From NCBI GenBank assembly GCA_016713985.1, contig JADJOD010000005.1, positions 40,012 through 104,011 on the forward strand: 64,000 bases of DNA, given 5' to 3'. This document shows, piece by piece, positions 49,657-56,606 of this stretch. Within the stretch, counting starts at the first letter, position 1. Each line of letters begins with the position of its first letter. This stretch comes from Lewinellaceae bacterium. Lineage in GTDB: Bacteria > Bacteroidota > Bacteroidia > Chitinophagales > Saprospiraceae. Position numbers and translations under genes: made by a program. Below the pieces are notes generated by a model. It searched no databases. It worked only from the letters and a program-made list of their open reading frames with translations, and was not told the origin of the DNA.

Positions 49657-50325
49657 ATGTTGCAGAAAGATACCATTTTCCACAACCCGACAACACGCAA
49701 GGGGTTTAACAACGCCAATCCGCTGGATTTCAACCTCTTCGACGACGAGGGGCAACAGGCCGTCTACATCCTCAATGATCAGGCGCCGGGCCGGACGCAG
49801 CACCTCGTGATCTTCAACAACGGAGACGACGACCTGGTGTTTCAATCGACCGCCGTCCGGAGCAGGCACATGCCCGCCGCCGATAACCACCATTTCGAGT
49901 TGCGTTTCCGGCCCGGCACCATCGACCCCGAGTATATCTCCTGGCTCGCCGTCGGCACCAGCGACTGGCGGCTGCGGGTGGAGGAAATTTCGGTCGGCGG
50001 CGACGGCATTCACGACGGCACGGTGGCGTTTTACCTGCTTTATTTTGGAGAAGAAGAACTGGTATTGCCCGCCGGCAAAACCCTCGTACTCATCCTGCAC
50101 CACGTAAAAGCGGGTGTAACCGGCGGCAGCCGGGGCAGCAGGATGGAATTGCGCTACCACATCGGTTACCACACCGACGGCAGTCAGCAATTATTAACCA
50201 CCGACCTGGAGGCCAACCTGAAGGTCAACCTGTTGCTGCCTTTTTTAAAAATCAATCCGAACCACGCGGCCAAAACTTCAAAAGGCCCATTCAGGAGCAC
50301 GGCCGCGAAATGGCCACATCCCTGA
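49657..50325 (+). CDS. Uncharacterised beta-sandwich-like protein (cluster protein B); possibly the N-terminal part of a B-C-D fusion
   Basis: 222 aa. The module ...LVIFNNGDDDLVFQ...HHFELRFRPG...WRLRV...LVLPAGKTLVLILHHVKAGVTGGSRGSRMELRYH has the same pattern as the module in C. The ORF overlaps C by 16 nt in a different frame. Confidence 0.6.
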   Translation: MLQKDTIFHNPTTRKGFNNANPLDFNLFDDEGQQAVYILNDQAPGRTQHLVIFNNGDDDLVFQSTAVRSRHMPAADNHHFELRFRPGTIDPEYISWLAVGTSDWRLRVEEISVGGDGIHDGTVAFYLLYFGEEELVLPAGKTLVLILHHVKAGVTGGSRGSRMELRYHIGYHTDGSQQLLTTDLEANLKVNLLLPFLKINPNHAAKTSKGPFRSTAAKWPHP

Positions 50326-51110
50326 TGGCCGGCGGGCTGGACGATGCCGTGACCGCCCTGCTGGACGTCTTTCTCGCACTCGATCACGAAAGCCTGCATT
50401 ACCGCCAGGAGCGGCTTCAGGTCGTCAGCAACCGCGGCAAAAAGGAATTGCCCATGATGGCTGCTTTCGAAGGCAGCAGCACCGTGCTCAACGACGGCTC
50501 CACCGCCAACCACCTCACGCTGCAAGTCAGCAATTTCTTGCAAAACAACACGATACGGCTCGGCGCCCGCGACGGCGAAAGTCCCACAAAATTTATCCTC
50601 TCTTTCGATACCAGCGAGGAACCCGCCGCCTGGGCGCTCTGCGATGCCGATGATGCCGCAGCCATCGACATCGAACTGCACTTTGAAGGAAAACAAGGCA
50701 CAAACTGGCACATCCGCCCGGAATTGCAGGGGGAAAGTCCACAGTGGATCATCACGCTCATCGACGATATCGACGTACAGGTGGGTGAATATTTCCACCT
50801 GCACCTGTCCGGGCTGAAAACAAATATGCCTTCCGGTTTCACCAAACTTTACCTGCTGTACGAAAACATCCCCGGTTTCTGGGACGGGCGTTTTGAAGTG
50901 CCTATCGAAAAGTCGCCGCTGAAATTTGACGACCAGAAAAGTTCCGAAGACCACCGCGAAGACGGCCATTTTATCCAGCGCACAAAAGTGGGCATCGGCA
51001 ATACCGAACCCGTGGACACCCTCGACGTGAATGGCGGCGTGCAGGCGGAAACCCTGGTTTTGAGAAACTGGAAAGGTGCTGATCCCCCGAAAAGGTCGCA
51101 TTCCCCCTAG
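50310..51110 (+). CDS. Uncharacterised beta-sandwich-like protein ending in a fibre-type VGIG...LDVNG motif (cluster protein C); very likely continuous with D
   Basis: The sequence includes ...NHLTLQVSNFLQNNTIRLG...FILSFDTS...VQVGEYFHLHLSGLKTNMPSGFTKLYLLYENIPGFWDGRFEVPI and ends ...KVGIGNTEPVDTLDVNGGVQAETLVL. The frame of D is already open from 51083 (SPEKVAFPLDVDGKIKATG). Confidence 0.6.
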   Translation: MATSLMAGGLDDAVTALLDVFLALDHESLHYRQERLQVVSNRGKKELPMMAAFEGSSTVLNDGSTANHLTLQVSNFLQNNTIRLGARDGESPTKFILSFDTSEEPAAWALCDADDAAAIDIELHFEGKQGTNWHIRPELQGESPQWIITLIDDIDVQVGEYFHLHLSGLKTNMPSGFTKLYLLYENIPGFWDGRFEVPIEKSPLKFDDQKSSEDHREDGHFIQRTKVGIGNTEPVDTLDVNGGVQAETLVLRNWKGADPPKRSHSP

Positions 51111-51112
51111 AT

Positions 51113-51889
51113 GTGGACGGGAAAATCAAGGCTACAGGGGCGGAATTAAACGGAACTGCAAACGATGATTTCACCTTGAAAATCACGGGAAATGCTAAAG
51201 TAGACGGGCTAACCGTTGATGAAGGCATCAGTGCCAAAACACTCACGCTGACAGGCAAGTTGACCACAACACAAGGCAGCGAGTCCAAGTCAATAGCCAT
51301 TTCCGAAAGCATCACCATCGGTGCAAAAAAAGTTGTAGTGACGGAAGAAGGTGGAAATCTGAAAGTTGCGGGTCGTATCAAGGACTCCACCGGGTTCGTT
51401 ATTCCACCCGGCGGCATCATCATGTGGTCGGGAAAAACTGTGCCGGAAGGATGGAAACTTTGTGACGGCACCAATAACACGCCCGATCTTCGGGGACGTT
51501 TTATCGTGGGTTATAACGGTAGCCAGAACACTACTGATCCTTCCGAGATAAACGATGGCATATACAATCAGCCGGGTAACCTGAGTGAAAATGGGACAAC
51601 ACCAGGGAAAAACGGTGGGGAAAAAACGGTAACACTTACTGTTGATCAGATGCCAAGCCACAACCATGACTTCGGCAATGATACAACAGATCGCCATTTT
51701 CATATTTTACTGTCGAATAAAGCCGAGTCCGGTGATAAAGCACTATTGCCTGACGACGGCTTCAAAGAAAGAGGAACTCGTACGCGTCCAAATCTTTTTT
51801 GGTGGGGTTCCATCGTGCCTCAAGGCGGCAACCAGGCCCACGAAAACAGGCCGCCCTATTACGTACTGGCCTTTATCATGAAAACATAA
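51113..51889 (+). CDS. Phage tail collar domain protein (MdpB-like receptor-binding domain; cluster protein D)
   Basis: The collar-domain hallmarks are IIMWSGKTVPEGWKLCDGTNNTPDLRGRFIVGYNG...GGEKTVTLTVDQMPSHNH...GGNQAHENRPPYYVLAFIMKT. The ORF is open upstream to 51083 and joins C across the C5 run at 51084-51088. Confidence 0.85.
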   Translation: MDGKIKATGAELNGTANDDFTLKITGNAKVDGLTVDEGISAKTLTLTGKLTTTQGSESKSIAISESITIGAKKVVVTEEGGNLKVAGRIKDSTGFVIPPGGIIMWSGKTVPEGWKLCDGTNNTPDLRGRFIVGYNGSQNTTDPSEINDGIYNQPGNLSENGTTPGKNGGEKTVTLTVDQMPSHNHDFGNDTTDRHFHILLSNKAESGDKALLPDDGFKERGTRTRPNLFWWGSIVPQGGNQAHENRPPYYVLAFIMKT

Positions 51890-51999
51890 AGCGGATGTTT
51901 CACCCGCTGTACGGCGGACTTCCAAGTCCGTCCCAGCCGCGGGCGGGACATCCGGGTAAAATTCCACACGTCGATTTCAACCGTTCTAAACTCAGCCTT

Positions 52000-54237
52000 A
52001 TGGCCAAATTAGAAAAAATACGCCAGGTCCGCGAAAAAGCGCGGAATCAGGCACAAACGGAACTCACAAACATCAACAAGGCGATCAAGGACCTGAACTT
52101 AGACGCCGAACTGACCGACGTGAAAAACTTCCTGAGCGAGGTATTGACGGCAAATGCCCTGAAAGTTGAAAAATTAGGCAATCTGCCCCTGCTCGATACT
52201 GCCACAGCGGGCAAGATCACCCTGCAGGGCAGGTCCGATATCCTGGTCTTTCTGTTGAATACCACTGGCGCCTCCAATTTTTCTGCGCCGAAGACAGAAT
52301 TCACGCTCGTTTTCACCGAACCGGCGGACGGGCAATTAGACCTGGATGCGACCATCGTTTTGCCCAAAGGTGTGGCGGCAAAGTTTGGCTTTTTGCCGAC
52401 ATTCAACCTCACAAGCCCCACGCAGGACGTGGTGATGAACCTGACCAAAACGGGCAATTCTTTTAGCCTGAACATGGCCGGCAAGGACAAACTGCCCGTG
52501 CAACTCCCGGGTATTGCTGCGGTAGCAAATCTGACGGAAGGAGAAGCCTTAGCCAATCTGGTACCCGCCTCGCTGCTCGACGCGCTAAAAGGAATCGCTT
52601 TTAACACACTCGAAGCAACGTTTAACCCAAAAGAAAAATCGGTATCCCACATCGGCTTAGACCTGCAGTATATGTTCGACGCCGATACTTCCGGCGCCTG
52701 GCAGATGGCGCCCGGCGTCCAGATCGGCAGCCTGCGGTTCCGGCTCGACGTGAACAACGTGATCAAACCGCCGCCCGGAAATACCCGTTCTGCAACGGCA
52801 ATGGTTTCGGGAAGCCTGCAAATCGGCGACACCCCGATCCCGCTGGAACTCAGCACCGCCAACGCCGGCGCCGAATTCTGGACCATCCGGGTACCGGAAG
52901 ACGAAACGGTGGTGCTGCCCACACTGGGCGGGTTGTTAAACGCCGTGCTGGATGCTGCTACCGCAGCCGCTATTCCCGCACAAATCATTGACATACCGGG
53001 CATTACGATCAATACACTGGTACTCGAATTTGACCCGCGAAAAAAGACCGATCCCCAGGAAAAAACCGTCAAAAACCTGCACGTCGACGTCAGTTTGAGC
53101 AGCGACTGGGTACTGGCGCCGGGGTTTCTCTCCACGCAGGACAACCGCCTGGATTTTACCTTTCAAAACCTGCTGGACAGCGCCACCCGGAAGATTTTCG
53201 GCACGGCTACCAGTTCGCTCGTGGTGTCAGGCGTGCCCTTTGTTTTTTCCCTTGAAAAAAAGGCCGACGACGAGCAATGGACCATGAGCGGCAACCTGGC
53301 CGCTGGCCGCAGCCTGCCGCTTTCCGCCATCCTCAGCCGCTTCCTCAGCGGGTTTAACGCCCCCGCCCGGATACCCGACTTTTCCATCGATGAAGCGGGT
53401 TTTTCGCTGGAAATGAAGACAAAACGGGTCACTTTTCACGCCACCAGCCAGGATGGGCTGGAGATCATTCCCGGATTTGCACTCGAAAAATTAGGCATCG
53501 ACATCGATCATACACCCGCTCCGGCGCCCGGCGGGCAGGCAACTACCGCAGCGGAACTGACCGGCACCCTGAGAGTCGCCGGAATCGACCTGAACCTCCG
53601 GGCGGCCCTGCAAAAGACCACAAATACCGCCACCACGCTGATCTTTCAAACAACCGCAGCGACGGAGCAGGATATTCCCATCGGCAGCCTGATCAACAGT
53701 CTGGCGAATTTCGGCGGCATCGAGGTGCCCGCCAGCATCGCCGGCGCCACCATTTCCAATCTGACCGCCACCTACCAGCCGGGTGTGGAACTCAGTTTTG
53801 GTTTCGACGTGTCCTTACAAACGGATGCCCGGGAGGTGAACATCAACGTATTACTCCGCATGACAAAAAGCGGGAACGTGTGGAACAAGGTATTTGAAGG
53901 TCTGGTCGCCGCAGGCAGTCTCGAATTCGAGGTAACGTTTAGCCAAAACCCCTTGGAGCAGAGTTTTATCGCCGCCTTGCGCCCGGGCGAACCGGGCGAA
54001 CTTAGCCTGGACGATTTGCTGCTCCACTTTGTGGATGACCCCGACCACCTTATTCCTTCGGTGCGGGTGTCGCTGCGCGAAGCATTTGTTTCTTATACCA
54101 AACCCGCCAACCAGCCCAAAGGCATCCTGGTGTTCGGAGTATCCGTCGGCGCGGGCATGACTTTTTCCGACCTCCCGCTGGTGGGGCCCATGCTCAACGG
54201 GCAAAGCATCGGGGTGGACTCGGTGGTCGTCACGTAG
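52000..54237 (+). CDS. Uncharacterised 745-aa protein (cluster protein E), N-terminal coiled coil. It ends at a TAG that is in frame with the next ORF.
   Basis: MAKLEKIRQVREKARNQAQTELTNINKAIKDLNLDAE... is followed by long beta-rich repeats. An alternative in-frame ATG at 51895 lies 6 nt after the stop of D. I recognise no domain. Confidence 0.75.
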   Translation: MAKLEKIRQVREKARNQAQTELTNINKAIKDLNLDAELTDVKNFLSEVLTANALKVEKLGNLPLLDTATAGKITLQGRSDILVFLLNTTGASNFSAPKTEFTLVFTEPADGQLDLDATIVLPKGVAAKFGFLPTFNLTSPTQDVVMNLTKTGNSFSLNMAGKDKLPVQLPGIAAVANLTEGEALANLVPASLLDALKGIAFNTLEATFNPKEKSVSHIGLDLQYMFDADTSGAWQMAPGVQIGSLRFRLDVNNVIKPPPGNTRSATAMVSGSLQIGDTPIPLELSTANAGAEFWTIRVPEDETVVLPTLGGLLNAVLDAATAAAIPAQIIDIPGITINTLVLEFDPRKKTDPQEKTVKNLHVDVSLSSDWVLAPGFLSTQDNRLDFTFQNLLDSATRKIFGTATSSLVVSGVPFVFSLEKKADDEQWTMSGNLAAGRSLPLSAILSRFLSGFNAPARIPDFSIDEAGFSLEMKTKRVTFHATSQDGLEIIPGFALEKLGIDIDHTPAPAPGGQATTAAELTGTLRVAGIDLNLRAALQKTTNTATTLIFQTTAATEQDIPIGSLINSLANFGGIEVPASIAGATISNLTATYQPGVELSFGFDVSLQTDAREVNINVLLRMTKSGNVWNKVFEGLVAAGSLEFEVTFSQNPLEQSFIAALRPGEPGELSLDDLLLHFVDDPDHLIPSVRVSLREAFVSYTKPANQPKGILVFGVSVGAGMTFSDLPLVGPMLNGQSIGVDSVVVT

Positions 54238-54249
54238 GCCACGGCCGCA

Positions 54250-56544
54250 TTGAGTCTGCCGGAGATCAAAAAACTGAACCTGAACCTGCCGAAAGGCAAG
54301 CCGAGATTGCCCAAAACCGGCGGCGGCAACGCCAACCTGCCCGCTTTACCCGCCATCAGCCTGCCCAAACTGCCCGAAATTGACCTGAAAAGTGGTGTGG
54401 GTATGTCCTTTTTGATGGCTTTCGGCAAATTGAAACAATACCTTTCGCTGCCCGTGACGGAACAGCCGGCGCCGGCCGGCCCGGGCGCTCCGCCGCCCCG
54501 GCCGGTCAAACCGGCAGCAGAGGGCAAGTGGGTTGCCGTCAACAAACGGATCGGCCCCCTGAGTATAGCGCGGGTGGGTGTGAACCTGAAATCTTCCGTC
54601 ATCACCTTCGGGCTGGATGCCTCGGTAGCCGTCGGGCCACTCACCTTGCTGCTGGAGGAAATGACTTTTGGGTCGTCGCTCGACAAGTTCGACCCGGTAT
54701 TCGGACTGCGGGGTTTCGGCCTGGAATACAGCACGGGTCCGGTGGCTATCAGCGGTTTTTTTATTCGCAAACCCAACGAAGAATATTTCGGCGCCGCCCT
54801 GATCAAAACGTCCCAACTCACCCTGAAGGCCGTCGGCGCGTATGCCATGACGGCACGGGGGCCTTCCTTTTACCTGTACGCCTACCTGAATTACCCCATC
54901 GGCGGACCGGCGTTTTTCTTTGTGGAAGGTCTGGCGGCGGGTTTCGGCTTCAACCGCTCCGTGCGGGTGCCGGCCATCGAAGACGTAAAAAACTTCCCGC
55001 TGGTGGCGATTGCCGTGGGCAGCGAATCGTTCCTGACCGTAGCCGAACGTATGGCCGACGGCAATTTTGTCCCCATCGATCCCGGTAAAATATTCCTGGC
55101 GGTGGGTGTACGCTTCACCACGTTTAAACAACTGGATTCGTTCCTGCTGATCATCGCCACCTTTGGCGATTCGTTCCGGCTCGACCTGCTGGGCCTGTCC
55201 AAATTAGTGATCCCCACACCCATACCCGGCGAGGCGCCCAAAACGCCGCTGGCCGAAATCGAACTGGCCATCAAAGGCACCTTCGCCCCGGCGGAAGGTT
55301 TTGTCGGCGTGCAGGCGCAGTTGACGAGCAACTCCTATATCCTTTCGAGGGATTGTACCCTGACGGGTGGGTTTGCCTTTTTCACCTGGTTTGAAGGCAG
55401 CAAATTCGAGGGCGACTTTGTGATAACGCTGGGGGGGTATCACCCCGACTTTAAACGCCCCGGGCACTACCCGGTGGTGCCGAGGCTGGGTTTCAACTGG
55501 AATATTTCCAGCGAGATCAACATAAAGGGCGGGATGTACTTCGCCCTGACCCCCTCCTGCGTGATGGCGGGCGGACGGCTCGAAGCGACCTTTTCTTCGG
55601 GCGGTTTGAAGGCCTGGTTCATCATCGGCGCCGACTTTATCATCGGCTGGAAACCCTATTTTTACGACGCCCGGCTTTACCTGAGCATGGGCGTGTCCTA
55701 CACCTTCTGGTTTTTTGGAAAACAAACGATTTCGTTCGACATCGGCGCAGCGCTGCACATCTGGGGGCCCGAATTTTCAGGCACCGCCTACGTCGACCTC
55801 GGCATCGTGGATTTTACCGTCGAATTTGGCAGCGGCGCGTCGCAGGAAGTGAAACCCATTGACTACGACGAGTTTAAAAAGACGTTTTTGCCTTCGGCCA
55901 ACGTGGCCGGCGTGTCGGTCGCTTCCGGCTTGCTGAAAGAAATTAAGCAGGGAACCGAAACCGTCTGGGTAGTAAATCCGAAAGAATTCCAACTCGGCAC
56001 CGATTCGATCATCCCCGCAGGTATCGTCGGCCACAACGACAATGCCGTGCCGGCCGCCGGAGCATTTGGCATCGGCACGATGGGGCTGGCAAAAAACGCG
56101 GTGCAAACCCTGCACAAGGTGGTGATCAAGAAAGGGGGCGACGATTTTACCAATGAATTCATCTACGAAACCGCCACAAAATCCTATCCCGCCGCGCTTT
56201 GGGGCGACAAACTGAAGCCGGACAAAAACGATAACAACCGGGTCATTAAAAACCTGATATCGGGGGTCCGGATCAAACCCAAACCACCCGCTGACCCCGA
56301 CCAGATGGGTTTCCTCGACCAGGATGAATTCGAATTCCAGACCCTGACCATCCCCGGCGCGTTTGCCGTGGAGAACGGGCCGGCTTTTTCCAAAGAAACG
56401 AGCGCGGCAGTGCTTGTCCCGAAACAAAACCCGCTCCGCAATCAACTGCTCGGCTCATTGGGCTTCGACCCTGTCGCTGATTTTGAAACGGCCGGTGAAA
56501 CCGACTTCGCTTTTGCCGAAAACCCGCTTGTCGGCAGTTATTAA
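54250..56544 (+). CDS. Uncharacterised 764-aa beta-rich protein (cluster protein F), same frame as E and possibly its C-terminal half
   Basis: There is no ATG start: the ORF track uses TTG at 54250, and the first ATG is about 160 nt in. The conserved-looking core is GGFAFFTWFEGSKFEGDFVITLGGYHPDFKRPGHYPVVPRLGFNWNISSEINIKGGMYFALTPSCVMAGGRLEA. I loosely associate this with a DUF6603-like family, but that is unverified. Confidence 0.7.
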   Translation: MSLPEIKKLNLNLPKGKPRLPKTGGGNANLPALPAISLPKLPEIDLKSGVGMSFLMAFGKLKQYLSLPVTEQPAPAGPGAPPPRPVKPAAEGKWVAVNKRIGPLSIARVGVNLKSSVITFGLDASVAVGPLTLLLEEMTFGSSLDKFDPVFGLRGFGLEYSTGPVAISGFFIRKPNEEYFGAALIKTSQLTLKAVGAYAMTARGPSFYLYAYLNYPIGGPAFFFVEGLAAGFGFNRSVRVPAIEDVKNFPLVAIAVGSESFLTVAERMADGNFVPIDPGKIFLAVGVRFTTFKQLDSFLLIIATFGDSFRLDLLGLSKLVIPTPIPGEAPKTPLAEIELAIKGTFAPAEGFVGVQAQLTSNSYILSRDCTLTGGFAFFTWFEGSKFEGDFVITLGGYHPDFKRPGHYPVVPRLGFNWNISSEINIKGGMYFALTPSCVMAGGRLEATFSSGGLKAWFIIGADFIIGWKPYFYDARLYLSMGVSYTFWFFGKQTISFDIGAALHIWGPEFSGTAYVDLGIVDFTVEFGSGASQEVKPIDYDEFKKTFLPSANVAGVSVASGLLKEIKQGTETVWVVNPKEFQLGTDSIIPAGIVGHNDNAVPAAGAFGIGTMGLAKNAVQTLHKVVIKKGGDDFTNEFIYETATKSYPAALWGDKLKPDKNDNNRVIKNLISGVRIKPKPPADPDQMGFLDQDEFEFQTLTIPGAFAVENGPAFSKETSAAVLVPKQNPLRNQLLGSLGFDPVADFETAGETDFAFAENPLVGSY

Positions 56545-56606
56545 TGATGGTAGCAGATCGTAATCATATATCGGGATGACACGATACCGCAACAAAAAAC
56601 AAAACA

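Noticed and set aside
51080-51113. Programmed -1 ribosomal frameshift at C CCC CGA AAA joining C and D
   Set aside because: This is not a canonical X XXY YYZ heptamer, and I saw no obvious downstream stimulatory structure. Equivalent one-base lesions disrupt galT, an HTCS, a glycosyltransferase and a signal peptide elsewhere in the window, so an indel artefact is the simpler explanation. It is not fully excluded.
54235-54237. TAG decoded as pyrrolysine or another recoded amino acid
   Set aside because: No pyl genes or a recoding context are visible. This is not expected in Bacteroidota. A substitution, base-call error or ordinary stop is simpler.
45426-56445. Numerous 100-365-aa minus-strand ORFs, for example 45426..46484, 46920..47966, 50184..51101, 52047..53144 and 54346..55131
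   Set aside because: All are antisense to the long plus-strand cluster ORFs. They are Arg/Gly/Pro-rich and lack motifs or plausible starts. I treat them as shadow ORFs.
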